A stretch of 64,000 bases of DNA from a bacterium. GTDB lineage: Bacteria; Patescibacteriota; Microgenomatia; Daviesbacterales; UBA10151. Positions within the stretch are counted from its first letter, which is position 1. Each line of letters opens with the position of its first letter. The position numbers were made by a program, and so were the translations under genes. The notes under the pieces are model-generated. The model did no database searches. It saw only the letters and a program-made list of their open reading frames with translations, and was not told the DNA's origin. The stretch covers positions 270,997-334,996 of the forward strand of contig JAJYNN010000002.1 of assembly GCA_021786315.1 (NCBI GenBank), read 5' to 3'. Shown piece by piece: positions 47,298-57,420 of the stretch.

Positions 47298-47368
47298 GGC
47301 CAGTTGACATTTGTCCACAGGATGTTTAATATACAAAACATCTACTATGTGCAATAGTAGATTTATAC

Positions 47369-48094
47369 ATGACTAACCCCCGAAAGAAAAATAATATTCC
47401 ATTATTCCGCGTTGAAAATACATTAGGTTTTTTGGAACTTGAGGTGATGAGAATCATCTGGCATCACAAAGTTACAACGGTTAGGGAAGTGGTTGAGCTC
47501 TTAAACCAAAGAAGACCGATTGCCTATACCACGGTGATGACTGTGATGGATAATTTATATAAAAAGGGATTCCTTACCAGAAAAAAGGTAGAAAAATCAT
47601 ACCACTACTGCCCGGCATTTTTAGAGAAGCACCTCATTCAAGCCACGCTCCGTTTAATCTTCAAAGATTTAGCGTCCCGTTATGGGAAAAGAAAGATTTT
47701 TATGTCTGCTGTCGGAAGCAACTTACCGGAGATGCCTAAAGAAGTAGTTTTGCCTGTTCCGGCAAAAGTTGTGAGAAATTATAAAGCTCCGGTTATTTCC
47801 GGTATTTCTTTAACCCTATTATTTGCCATGCTGTCTTTTTCAGTCTTTGATTTAATGCAAAGTTCACACTCTTCGGGAACCTTGGACTATATAAATTTGT
47901 CAGCTTCTGAACCGTCACTATTTTTAAGCCGGATCCATCTTTTCCTCCTGGCTATTTGGGAAAGTTTGCCGATAGCTAACTTGTCTTTCACCACAATCCT
48001 GATGGCATTGTTTATAATACTGGGAAGAAAAATGTGGCAGCTTTTGAGAATCAACAGAATCCCCTTTAGTTTCTTGGGAGGAATAACCGGATGA
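47369..48094 (+). CDS. BlaI/MecI/CopY-family winged-helix repressor with a C-terminal transmembrane extension
   Basis: N-terminal LELEVMRIIWHHKVTTVREVVELLN...YTTVMTVMDNLYKKGFLTR. The C-terminal half is hydrophobic. Confidence 0.7.
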   Translation: MTNPRKKNNIPLFRVENTLGFLELEVMRIIWHHKVTTVREVVELLNQRRPIAYTTVMTVMDNLYKKGFLTRKKVEKSYHYCPAFLEKHLIQATLRLIFKDLASRYGKRKIFMSAVGSNLPEMPKEVVLPVPAKVVRNYKAPVISGISLTLLFAMLSFSVFDLMQSSHSSGTLDYINLSASEPSLFLSRIHLFLLAIWESLPIANLSFTTILMALFIILGRKMWQLLRINRIPFSFLGGITG

Positions 48095-48546
48095 AAGATA
48101 GAAAAGTTGTTTTAACAGGAGTCGGTATTGGTGTAGGCATCGCCATAGTTTTATTATTGGTTTTTATGGCCGGTGTTTTTTGGGGAGCTCATGGTTTGCG
48201 GTATTCTCCTTTTGGCAGACGGCAAATGATGTCTAGGGGTTTTGTAGCTAATCGTTTAGGTCACGGAGTAGTGGGCACTATCGATTCTCTGGGAAACAAC
48301 ACTTTGGTGGTCAAAGACCGTAATGGCCAGTTAGATACTGTCACAGTTAACAATGACACCGTTATTAGACAGGGCACGGCTCCTATTAAGTTTCCTGATT
48401 TAAAAAAGGATGAAAATGTAATTGTGATTGGGGAGCCACAGAATCAGGAAGGTGCTACTTTGGCTCGGGTTATCAGAGTTATTGAACCTGCTGCTCAAAA
48501 TGCCACTGGGTCAGGCATATTTATCAGGCGAATGGAAGGAATATAA
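48091..48546 (+). CDS. hypothetical secreted protein
   Basis: 151 aa, N-terminal TM. Confidence 0.4.
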   Translation: MKDRKVVLTGVGIGVGIAIVLLLVFMAGVFWGAHGLRYSPFGRRQMMSRGFVANRLGHGVVGTIDSLGNNTLVVKDRNGQLDTVTVNNDTVIRQGTAPIKFPDLKKDENVIVIGEPQNQEGATLARVIRVIEPAAQNATGSGIFIRRMEGI

Positions 48547-48551
48547 GATAA

Positions 48552-49820
48552 ATGAAATTTATGGGGCTAATCAGGCCGGTTACAAAAAAGAAAATACTTA
48601 TTTTAATTTTGGTTTTGGCTGTAGGGGGAGTTTTATACTGGAAAACAATTGGGGCAAAGGCTCAAACTCCCCAATATGAATCACAGCAAGTCGCTCGAGG
48701 AACTGTCGTTTCTTCAATTTCTGCTTCCGGCCAGATCACTTCCGGTTCCAGTATGCCAATTACTTCCCAGGCTACAGGAATTGTGAGTAATGTTTATGTT
48801 AAAGATGGTGATACTGTTCAGGCTGGACAGACAATTGCTGATTTGAACTTGGACTTGGCTTCCCAACAGAAGCAAGCAGCTGCTTGGAACTCATACTTAA
48901 CTGCTAAAAATAATTTAAATAGCGCTCAGGCGGATTTGAATTCTTTACAGTCGGCTGAATTTAAGGCTAACCAAAAATTTATTAATGATGCAGCGGATCG
49001 GGATTTAGCAACAGATGACCCAACCTATATTCAGGAAAATGCCGATTGGTTACAAGCGGAAGCGAACTATAAAAACCAACAAGGGGTGATCGACCAATCA
49101 CAGGCGGCGGTAAGTAGCGCTTGGCTAAATTACCAACAGCTATCCTCAAGTATTACTGCCCCGATTGCCGGAACTGTTAGTGGATTGACTGTCGCTCCGG
49201 GGTCAGCTGTTGTTTCTTCCGGTACAGGCAACTCGCAATCTTTAGGAAACGTCTTGGTAAGCGGCCCGTTACAAGCAGTAGTAGATCTTTCTGAGGTTGA
49301 CGTGACTAAAGTAAAGATTGGCCAAAAGGCAACCTTAACCCTTGACGCTTTTCCGGGAAAAACCTTCGCCGGAAAAGTCGCCAGTATTAATACCTCAGGG
49401 GTTGTTTCATCAGGGGTAACAAATTATCCGGTGACAATTTCTTTGGATTCCTCAACTGATGGCATTTACCCCAATATGGCGGTGACTGCCAACATCATCA
49501 CAGATACAAAGTCTGATGTATTGGTAATCCCTTCGGCAGCAATTCAAAATCAGAATGGGCAGAATACAGTCCGGATTTTAAATAACGGTAAAGTAACTGA
49601 TGTTCCGGTTACTACCGGTATTTCTTCTGATACGGAGATTGAGGTGGTTTCCGGACTTAATGAGGGCGACAATGTAGTAACAGGTGTAATTTTATCAGGC
49701 AGCACAAGTTCATCCGGTACAAGATCGGTGTTTTCTGGCGGCGGCTTTGGGGGTATGGGTGGAGGTAATATGAGGTTTACTACAGGAGGGGGGAACCGTG
49801 GTGGTGCTAGGGGAGGTTAA
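48552..49820 (+). CDS. efflux transporter periplasmic adaptor subunit (MacA/HlyD family) with a Gly-rich C-terminal tail
   Basis: Biotinyl-lipoyl-like hairpin VYVKDGDTVQAGQTIADLN, a long coiled coil and a beta-barrel domain. Confidence 0.8.
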   Translation: MKFMGLIRPVTKKKILILILVLAVGGVLYWKTIGAKAQTPQYESQQVARGTVVSSISASGQITSGSSMPITSQATGIVSNVYVKDGDTVQAGQTIADLNLDLASQQKQAAAWNSYLTAKNNLNSAQADLNSLQSAEFKANQKFINDAADRDLATDDPTYIQENADWLQAEANYKNQQGVIDQSQAAVSSAWLNYQQLSSSITAPIAGTVSGLTVAPGSAVVSSGTGNSQSLGNVLVSGPLQAVVDLSEVDVTKVKIGQKATLTLDAFPGKTFAGKVASINTSGVVSSGVTNYPVTISLDSSTDGIYPNMAVTANIITDTKSDVLVIPSAAIQNQNGQNTVRILNNGKVTDVPVTTGISSDTEIEVVSGLNEGDNVVTGVILSGSTSSSGTRSVFSGGGFGGMGGGNMRFTTGGGNRGGARGG

Positions 49821-49822
49821 GG

Positions 49823-50518
49823 ATGATCCAAATAAAGAACGTTTCCAAAGTCTATCGTAACGATACTGTTGAAACTAAAGCCCTCGATGATGTTGCCTTT
49901 GAAATAAAAAAAGGTGAGTTTGTGGCCATAATGGGTCCTTCCGGATCCGGTAAATCCACCTTAATGCATATTTTAGGGGCTTTGGATACTCCTACCTCAG
50001 GTACCTATATTCTGGATGGTGAAGAAGTGGGTAAACTATCTGATGATAAATTAGCCGAAATCAGAAATAAAAAGATAGGGTTTGTCTTTCAGGCTTTTAA
50101 TTTATTGCCCCGGACAACAGCCATGAAAAATGTGATGCTGCCCATGGTTTATGGGGATGTGGCGAAAAGCGAACGTGAGGCGAGGGCAAAGAAATATCTA
50201 GAGATGGTCGGCTTGGGCGACAGGATGCAGCACACATCCAGCCAGCTTTCCGGCGGACAAATGCAGCGGGTAGCCATTGCCAGATCGCTGGTTATGGATC
50301 CGGCAATTATCTTAGCAGATGAACCAACGGGGAATATTGCCTCTAACCAAGCTTCAGAAATTATGGCCATTTTTCAGGATCTGAATGAACAGGGCCATAC
50401 CATTATTATGATTACCCATGAACCGGACATTGCTGAACACGCCAAAAGGATTATCCATATTAAGGACGGAAAGATTGTAAAAGACAGTGATAAGCATTCC
50501 CAGAGGAGAGCAAAGTAA
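49823..50518 (+). CDS. ABC transporter ATP-binding protein (MacB/LolD-like)
   Basis: Walker [10 protein letters not shown], signature [15 protein letters not shown], and Walker B ILADEPTG. Confidence 0.92.
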   Translation: MIQIKNVSKVYRNDTVETKALDDVAFEIKKGEFVAIMGPSGSGKSTLMHILGALDTPTSGTYILDGEEVGKLSDDKLAEIRNKKIGFVFQAFNLLPRTTAMKNVMLPMVYGDVAKSEREARAKKYLEMVGLGDRMQHTSSQLSGGQMQRVAIARSLVMDPAIILADEPTGNIASNQASEIMAIFQDLNEQGHTIIMITHEPDIAEHAKRIIHIKDGKIVKDSDKHSQRRAK

Positions 50519-51741
50519 TGGAATTTGGTGAAATCCTTTCTGAAGCCTTAACTGCCTTAACCATTAATAAAATGCGGACAGGGTTGGCGACTTTGGGAAT
50601 TATTATTGGTATCGGAGCGGTGATTGCCTTAATTTCTTTAGGCCAGTCCGGCCAAAAAGCGGTAGAGTCACAGATCCAGTCTTTAGGCTCAAATTTATTA
50701 ACAGTTATCCCAGGATCACCAAACAGTGGCGGTATCAGGCAGGCTGCCGGAGGATTAACTACTTTAACATACGATGATGCCAAGGCGATTACCACTTCGG
50801 CGACGGTTACCGATGTCGCCAATGTTTCGGCGGAACTTTCCCGGAGGGCACAAGTTACTTCAGGAAAAAATAACACAAACACCCAAATTATCGGAGTAAC
50901 ACCCAGCTATCTTACAGTTCATAACTTATCTATGCAGTCAGGGTCCTTTATTATCCAGAGAGATGTAGATTCTTTAGGGAAGGTGGTGGTTATCGGACCG
51001 CAAGTGGTTAGCGACCTGTTTGGTGACGGATCAAACCCTATTGGCCAGACGATCAGGGTAAACAAATTAGCCCTAAAAGTTATTGGGGTAACGGCTTCTA
51101 AAGGGGGAAGCGGTTTTATGAACCAGGATGATATGGTTTTTGTGCCTTTAACCACGGCCCAAAAACAGCTTTTTGGAGTCGATTACTTAAGCGCAATTTC
51201 TATCCAAGCCAAAAGCGACAAGGTTATGACTGATGCCCAGGACCAAGTGGGTTATCTTTTATTAAGCCGCCACAAAATTGGGAATCCGGCCCAAGCTGAC
51301 TTTTCCATTCTTTCCCAGCAAGACATTATGGGAGCTGCCTCTTCTATCACCGGAACATTTACTGCTCTTTTGTCCGGAATTGCGGCGATTTCTTTAGTGG
51401 TTGGAGGGATTGGGATTATGAACATTATGTTAGTGACTGTGGTAGAGCGGACACGGGAAATTGGTTTAAGAAAAGCACTGGGAGCCAAAAAGAAAAGCGT
51501 TATCCAGCAATTTTTGGTGGAATCAATTATTTTGACTATGTTGGGTGGAGTTTTGGGGATGGTTTTGGGGATGGTCCTTTCTGTTGCAGTCTCTAAAATT
51601 ATTAATTTGCCTTTTGTAATTTCCTTCCAAGCTATTGCCCTGGCTATTGGGGTTTCAGGCGGAATTGGAATTTTATTTGGCTGGTATCCGGCCAGAAAAG
51701 CCTCGAATTTAAGTCCGATTGAAGCCTTAAGATATGAGTAA
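50518..51741 (+). CDS. ABC transporter permease (MacB/FtsX family)
   Basis: N-terminal TM, a periplasmic MacB_PCD domain, and a C-terminal FtsX 3-TM bundle. Confidence 0.88.
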   Translation: MEFGEILSEALTALTINKMRTGLATLGIIIGIGAVIALISLGQSGQKAVESQIQSLGSNLLTVIPGSPNSGGIRQAAGGLTTLTYDDAKAITTSATVTDVANVSAELSRRAQVTSGKNNTNTQIIGVTPSYLTVHNLSMQSGSFIIQRDVDSLGKVVVIGPQVVSDLFGDGSNPIGQTIRVNKLALKVIGVTASKGGSGFMNQDDMVFVPLTTAQKQLFGVDYLSAISIQAKSDKVMTDAQDQVGYLLLSRHKIGNPAQADFSILSQQDIMGAASSITGTFTALLSGIAAISLVVGGIGIMNIMLVTVVERTREIGLRKALGAKKKSVIQQFLVESIILTMLGGVLGMVLGMVLSVAVSKIINLPFVISFQAIALAIGVSGGIGILFGWYPARKASNLSPIEALRYE

Positions 51742-51769
51742 ATTAATTATTGGGATTCTCTGAGGGGAG

Positions 51770-52180
51770 GTGATTTTTATAAATAAAGCATTACCTATTG
51801 TTGCTGTGGGGATAGTGGCGCTTGCCGGAGGATTTTTTGGTGGGATGAAATACCAGCAAACTAAAACTCCTGCAGCTGCCGGATACAGAATAAGACAATT
51901 TCAGGGAAGAATGGAACAAAATTTCCGCCCGGTTAATGGTGACATCATCAGCCAAGATGACAAAAGCATCACCGTTAAACTTAACGACGGAAGCAGTAAG
52001 ATAGTCCTACTTTCCGATAAAACTTCCATCAATGAAGCAACCCAAGCCGCCAAAACTGATTTGCAGGTTGGTAAAAAGGTGGCAGTTTTTGGAAGTGAGA
52101 ATTCTGACGGAAGTGTGACAGCCCAAAGCATACAATTAAATCCAACCGTAAGAATGTTTGGCCAAGGTCAGGGCGGGTAG
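51770..52180 (+). CDS. hypothetical secreted protein
   Basis: 136 aa, N-terminal TM. Confidence 0.4.
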   Translation: MIFINKALPIVAVGIVALAGGFFGGMKYQQTKTPAAAGYRIRQFQGRMEQNFRPVNGDIISQDDKSITVKLNDGSSKIVLLSDKTSINEATQAAKTDLQVGKKVAVFGSENSDGSVTAQSIQLNPTVRMFGQGQGG

Positions 52181-52187
52181 TTTCAGG

Positions 52188-53213
52188 ATGAAGAAATTTT
52201 TGTGGCTAGGTATAATTTTGTTACTTCTTGTGGCGGGAGCAGGCTTTTATCTGGAAAGCTCCCGCCCAAAAATTTTGCCTCCGGTTTTAACCCCCACCCG
52301 CACAAAAGAGAACAACCCTCTAAATATCCAGGCGATGAGGGAAAAATCCTATCCGGGAAGTGATATTAAAATTGAGGAGACATTGGCTGACGGGGAAAAT
52401 TACCATCAGTATATTGCCTCATACCAATCCGATGGATTAAAAATTTTTGGGCTATTAACTGTACCTATGGGTGAAAAACCGGCCAATGGTTGGCCGGCAA
52501 TTATTTTTAACCATGGCTATATTCCGCCTGCCCAGTACCGGACAACGGAGAGGTATGTAGCTTATGTTGATGCCTTTGCCAGAAACGGTTATGTGGTTTT
52601 TAAATCAGACTACCGGGGGAACGGTAATTCTGAAGGCCAGCCTGAAGGAGCATACTATTCCCCGGCGTATACTGTTGATGTTTTAAATGCCTTAGCATCC
52701 GTTAAAAAATATCCCGGAGTGGATCCAAATAAAATTGGAATGTGGGGACACTCAATGGGAGGAAATATAACTTTAAGGAGTTTGGTCATTTCTCCGGATA
52801 TTAAGGCGGCAGTGATTTGGGGTGGAGTTGTGGGGACCTATGATGATTTAATGAATAACTGGCAAAGGAGGGTAAGCTACCAGCCGCCGCCTAATGAGTT
52901 AGCCAACAGAAACAGGAACAGGCAAACTTTAATCCAAAAATACGGAACACCTGCCCAAAACCCTGACTTTTGGCATTCCATTGACCCTAATTTTAACTTG
53001 CAATATGTTACTGCTCCGGTGCAGCTCCATGCAGGACTTGCTGACGAGGAAGTGCCTTGGCAGTTTTCCCAGGGGTTGGATGAAAGACTGAAGCAGGCCG
53101 GGAAGACGGCGGAGTTTTATACCTATCCCGGGGCAGATCACAATATTTCTGGACCCAGTTTTGACCTGGCCATGCAAAGGTCAATAGAATTTTTCGACAA
53201 GTACTTAAAATGA
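52188..53213 (+). CDS. secreted alpha/beta hydrolase (S9 prolyl-oligopeptidase/dienelactone hydrolase-like)
   Basis: GHSMGG nucleophile elbow, with a C-terminal Asp/His. Start chosen at ATG 52188, after the upstream stop. Confidence 0.7.
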   Translation: MKKFLWLGIILLLLVAGAGFYLESSRPKILPPVLTPTRTKENNPLNIQAMREKSYPGSDIKIEETLADGENYHQYIASYQSDGLKIFGLLTVPMGEKPANGWPAIIFNHGYIPPAQYRTTERYVAYVDAFARNGYVVFKSDYRGNGNSEGQPEGAYYSPAYTVDVLNALASVKKYPGVDPNKIGMWGHSMGGNITLRSLVISPDIKAAVIWGGVVGTYDDLMNNWQRRVSYQPPPNELANRNRNRQTLIQKYGTPAQNPDFWHSIDPNFNLQYVTAPVQLHAGLADEEVPWQFSQGLDERLKQAGKTAEFYTYPGADHNISGPSFDLAMQRSIEFFDKYLK

Positions 53214-53240
53214 CCTGTTTGTGTTAGAATTTTTCAAGAG

Positions 53241-53663
53241 ATGTTCAAGTGGATCCAAAGAAACATTATGTATATTGCTTTAGCCCAGGCTTTAGCTGCA
53301 ACTTTAGGCAGTCTCTATTTTAGTGAAATAAAGCATTACACTCCCTGTGTCCTTTGCTGGTACCAACGGATTTTGATGTACCCCCTGGTTTTAATAATAA
53401 CCGTGGGAATTTTAAGAAAAGACAAAAAACTTTACCAATACGTTTTTCCACTCTCAATCCTCGGTTGGTTTATTGCCTTGTACCACAATTTACTCCAATG
53501 GAGGATCTTGCCGGAAGCTGTCGCTCCCTGTACTTTAAGCGGGACCTGCACCGTTCGTTATACCGGCTACTTTGGTTTCATTACCATCCCCCTGATGTCA
53601 CTTACAGCCTTTACAGTGATTAATGTTTGCATGTATATTATGGCAAAGGGGAAGAAGAAATGA
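53241..53663 (+). CDS. dsbB: disulfide bond formation protein B (DsbB/BdbC family)
   Basis: CVLCWYQR, and a second Cys pair in the periplasmic loop (CTLSGTC). Confidence 0.8.
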   Translation: MFKWIQRNIMYIALAQALAATLGSLYFSEIKHYTPCVLCWYQRILMYPLVLIITVGILRKDKKLYQYVFPLSILGWFIALYHNLLQWRILPEAVAPCTLSGTCTVRYTGYFGFITIPLMSLTAFTVINVCMYIMAKGKKK

Positions 53664-54340
53664 CCCAGGAAGTAAAAACTTTATTAATTATTGGAGTAGT
53701 GACATTGGTTTTAGTTGTGGGGGGCATCTTTCTATTAGGTCGGGGAGGCAGCTCATCTTCCGAGATCAATACTCCTATTGATACTAAACTTTTGGTCCGG
53801 GCAGACAGTGACAAGATTGCCACTGATTCAGCAAAAGTCACAGTTGTTGAATTTGGTGATTTTGAGTGCCCGGCTTGCGGGGCAGCCCAACCGGTCACCA
53901 AACAGGTTATTGATGACTACAAGGGAAAGATTGACTATGTTTTCCGTAATTTCCCCTTACCTCAACATGACAAGGCTTTGATTGCAGCTGAGGCAGCGGA
54001 AGCGGCCGGAGCTCAGGGAAAGTATTGGGAGATGCACGATAAGTTATATGAAACTCAAGATACTTGGTCTGTGGCGGATAAGCCTTTGGATTTGTTTGTC
54101 CAATATGCCCAAAGCTTTGGTCTGGATGTAAATAAATTCAGGGATGATGTAACTAATAATAAATATCAAGCTAAAATTACCCAGGATTTTCAGGACGGAA
54201 CGGCTGTTGGGATCCGCGCCACTCCGACATTCTTTATTGCCAAAAATGTTAACGGAGGATTAAGTAACCCGCAAAAGCTTGAAGGAGTACCTACCTACGA
54301 GCAGATAAAGGCCTTAATAGACTCCAAACTTACCAATTAA
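53660..54340 (+). CDS. DsbA/BdbD-like thioredoxin-fold thiol:disulfide oxidoreductase
   Basis: N-terminal TM, CPAC active site, cis-Pro region. Overlaps the dsbB stop. Confidence 0.8.
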   Translation: MTQEVKTLLIIGVVTLVLVVGGIFLLGRGGSSSSEINTPIDTKLLVRADSDKIATDSAKVTVVEFGDFECPACGAAQPVTKQVIDDYKGKIDYVFRNFPLPQHDKALIAAEAAEAAGAQGKYWEMHDKLYETQDTWSVADKPLDLFVQYAQSFGLDVNKFRDDVTNNKYQAKITQDFQDGTAVGIRATPTFFIAKNVNGGLSNPQKLEGVPTYEQIKALIDSKLTN

Positions 54341-54936
54341 TATGATTTTTCCGGGTTTGAAACTTGGCCTTCAGGGGTAATATTTCTTTCGGGCATGATC
54401 AGTCTTAAGAGTTCCCTTCTTTTATCAATGAGTTGGGTCTCATCATTAAAATCTACGAATTTTTGTAAGTTAACCAATGATCGCGGGCCAAAGATATCGA
54501 GATGAATCGCTCCATTCCGCCTGGGGTTACTTAAGGATTCTGTGATTCCGTCGAGATCTTCAAAAGGGTGGTCAAACATCCAGTTGCCGCCTTCGTCTTT
54601 AAGTGACATGGCAAATTGGCAGGCCTGCAACTCTTCTGAATTGGCAAAGCGGAATAAAGCTCTGACGTAAAACTTGGCTGCTTCTGATAAGCCTTTTCTG
54701 GTCATCTCTTCTTCCAGCTCTGTTCCTGTATAAGATTCCCGTTCCGGATAGGCAAAGACCTCATTGTTGGTAAAAGGTTCTCCGCTGACCTCGACTTTAG
54801 GAATTGTCAGCCTTCCCAGCGTATTTCCCGGGTATTCATGGCTGGCATAGACCTTAATAATTCTTCCTCCGTGAGGGATGCCTTTTTCTTCCAGGCTTTT
54901 GATAAACTCTGACCAGTCGCTAAAGTGCAAAAACAT
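54337..54936 (-). CDS. hypothetical protein
   Basis: 199-aa ORF. Confidence 0.4.
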   Translation of the reverse strand: MFLHFSDWSEFIKSLEEKGIPHGGRIIKVYASHEYPGNTLGRLTIPKVEVSGEPFTNNEVFAYPERESYTGTELEEEMTRKGLSEAAKFYVRALFRFANSEELQACQFAMSLKDEGGNWMFDHPFEDLDGITESLSNPRRNGAIHLDIFGPRSLVNLQKFVDFNDETQLIDKRRELLRLIMPERNITPEGQVSNPEKSY

Positions 54937-54986
54937 GGTTTAAATTATACCTTTTTACCTTAAATAATGCGAGAATAGGGTAGGAG

Positions 54987-55262
54987 GTGATTGCTTTGAA
55001 TGGTGATAAAAACCAGGGGTTGGAGGTCAGTGTGAATCCTGATACAACCCCGGTAGTCTATACGGATAACGTCCAAATGGTGGCCAATGAAGATGGGGTG
55101 GTTTTGGATATTGGCCAAAGGCTGGGGGCGACAAACCAAATCAGGATAGTGTCCCGGGTGGGAATGAGCAGGGAACATGCTAAAAAGTTAATTAAGGCTT
55201 TAAGTGATGTCTTGGATTCCACTAGTGGACAAAGCCAAACGGGGAAAGTAGCTAGGGCTTAA
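54987..55262 (+). CDS. hypothetical protein
   Basis: 91-aa ORF. Confidence 0.35.
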   Translation: MIALNGDKNQGLEVSVNPDTTPVVYTDNVQMVANEDGVVLDIGQRLGATNQIRIVSRVGMSREHAKKLIKALSDVLDSTSGQSQTGKVARA

Positions 55263-55263
55263 A

Positions 55264-55554
55264 TTATTCTAAACCTACGGAATCAATTTTGGGGAAGAGG
55301 GTTTTAACTTCAGCATGGAATTTATCAGCTAAGGAATTAGTAAACTTTCCATAACCGCTGCTTTCAGAGTGTGAACAGAGCATGTTCTCGTATCTTCTGA
55401 TGATATCCAAAACATCCTGCCCGGTTCCGTTAAATTGGGCTTTATAAGTTTTTGGGTCTTTGACAAAGTTGTCATGGACCTCACGAAACTCGTCGAACAA
55501 TTTCTTGTTTTGTTTGAGCATCATCTCAAATGTTTCCCTGTACTTTACTGACAT
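55264..55554 (-). CDS. hypothetical protein
   Basis: 96-aa ORF. Confidence 0.35.
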   Translation of the reverse strand: MSVKYRETFEMMLKQNKKLFDEFREVHDNFVKDPKTYKAQFNGTGQDVLDIIRRYENMLCSHSESSGYGKFTNSLADKFHAEVKTLFPKIDSVGLE

Positions 55555-55634
55555 AAAAATATTTTACCATTTCTTTCTTAAGTCTTACTCTGCTTTGTGA
55601 GATCTCAGAAGGTGCTCGGTTAAGATGAACTTGG

Positions 55635-56054
55635 ATGAAAAAGGATAACCTGGGGAAGAGGTATCTGGTGATTTTGGCGGACAGGGAAAAGGTCAGGTTT
55701 TTTACAATCTACCTGGGCCATTTTGAGGGTGAAGTGGAAGAAATTGATATAGAGGATGTACCCCAAAAGGTAAAGTCAGAAGGATACAGGCCGGGAAAGG
55801 TCCAACGCCATATTGCCGATCATTTAAAGCATCATTTGAAAAACGTCGGGAAGGAAGCCTGGCAATATGTAGTCAAAAAAAGGATTAAGCAGCTGGATGG
55901 GGTTTTCTTAGGAACCCATAAATCACTATTTGGGGATTTAAAAAATAACCTGCCCGCTAAATTAAAACACAAAGTTTTGGGAGAATTTGTTATGGAACCA
56001 AATAATGCCGTGGGGGATATCGCCAACACAATTATTTCCAAATTTAACCTCTAA
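55635..56054 (+). CDS. host-attachment-protein-like / baeRF-family (bacterial eRF1-like) protein
   Basis: N-terminal RYLVILADREKVRFF resembles the WVLVADGSRARIF signature of the Host_attach family. Confidence 0.4.
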   Translation: MKKDNLGKRYLVILADREKVRFFTIYLGHFEGEVEEIDIEDVPQKVKSEGYRPGKVQRHIADHLKHHLKNVGKEAWQYVVKKRIKQLDGVFLGTHKSLFGDLKNNLPAKLKHKVLGEFVMEPNNAVGDIANTIISKFNL

Positions 56055-56108
56055 TTTCTGGATTGACAGCTGGTAAGGGTTTATATACACTGCTTCGGGA
56101 GATTTTTT

Positions 56109-57419
56109 GTGGCTAAAGAAATTGCAGCAGCTAAAAACTATTTTCGTGGTGTTGTCTTAATAACAGATATTCTCTGGGGAGATGGCGGTAAGGGTAAGAT
56201 TGCGGATTTGGGAGCCCAATATTCTGATGTTGTTGTCAAAACCAATGGTGGCGCCAACGCTGGGCATACAGTTTGTAATGAACACGGGCATTTCCCCCTA
56301 CACTTAGTGCCTTCCGGAATCTTTAACCCCAGAGCGTTGTGTGTTGTTGGTTCCGGTGTGGCTGTTGACCCAATCCAATTTACCCGGGAATATACGGGAC
56401 TTTTGAATTCCGGTATTCCTTTGGCTCAGTGTTTATTGGCTGAGGATGCCCACATGGTTATGCCCTGGCACAAATTACGGGATAATTTAAAGGAAAAAGC
56501 TTTGGGGAATAAGGAAATCGGCACTACCGGGCAAGGAATTGGCCCGGCATATGCTGACAGGACAAACCGGGAAGGGTTAAGGTTAAAGGACCTAAAAAGC
56601 CCGGATTTTGAGCGGTCGTTTTTGTCCACCTTGGCTTACCAGCAAAGGCTGATCCGGGCAATGGATCCGGAGATTGTTGAAGATTATTTCGATCCGGATA
56701 AGATTTTGGGGGATTTGCGTTTAGCCCGGGAAATTTTACCCCCGATAATTGCCGATACCCGGACGATTTTAGGCAGGATGAATGACGAGGGGAGAGATAT
56801 TTTAGGTGAGGCCGGACAGGGAGCGCTTTTGGATAAAGATATGGGAGGTTACCCTTATGTTACCTCCAGCCACCCGGGGGTAATTGGCTTCTGGATTTCT
56901 ACAGGTTTTAGGCCTAACCAGGTAACTGGTGTCGCTAAGGCATATGCCACCAGGGTAGGAAAGGGGCCGATGCCGACAGAACAAAATAATGGTATGGGCC
57001 ATCACTTACAGGAAGTGGGGCAGGAAGTTGGGGTTACCAGCGGGAGGGTCCGCCGGTGTGGATGGTTTGATGCAGTAGCGGCAGAATATGGGGTGAGAGC
57101 GGCAGGAGTGACAAGACTTGCCTTAACCAAGCTGGACGTTTTGGATGGGGTAGACCAAATTAAAGTATGTGTTGGATACCGGGTGGATGACCAAGTCTGG
57201 AAGAAAATATATCATGCAGATGCGGAGTTTATGGAAAAGGCTGAGCCAGTGTATGAGACCTTACCCGGCTGGTCCAGGTCAACCAAAGAAGTCCGGCGTT
57301 TTCAGGATTTACCCGAAAATGCTCGGGGTTACGTCAGAAAAATTGAGAGTTTAGTTGATCTTCCAATAGATATTGTCTCTGTTGGGCCAGACCGTGAGGC
57401 AACCATCTTCCGGGATTAA
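56109..57419 (+). CDS. purA: adenylosuccinate synthetase
   Basis: GDGGKGKIAD P-loop, GTTGQGIGPAY, GANAGHT. Confidence 0.93.
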   Translation: MAKEIAAAKNYFRGVVLITDILWGDGGKGKIADLGAQYSDVVVKTNGGANAGHTVCNEHGHFPLHLVPSGIFNPRALCVVGSGVAVDPIQFTREYTGLLNSGIPLAQCLLAEDAHMVMPWHKLRDNLKEKALGNKEIGTTGQGIGPAYADRTNREGLRLKDLKSPDFERSFLSTLAYQQRLIRAMDPEIVEDYFDPDKILGDLRLAREILPPIIADTRTILGRMNDEGRDILGEAGQGALLDKDMGGYPYVTSSHPGVIGFWISTGFRPNQVTGVAKAYATRVGKGPMPTEQNNGMGHHLQEVGQEVGVTSGRVRRCGWFDAVAAEYGVRAAGVTRLALTKLDVLDGVDQIKVCVGYRVDDQVWKKIYHADAEFMEKAEPVYETLPGWSRSTKEVRRFQDLPENARGYVRKIESLVDLPIDIVSVGPDREATIFRD

Positions 57420-57420
57420 T

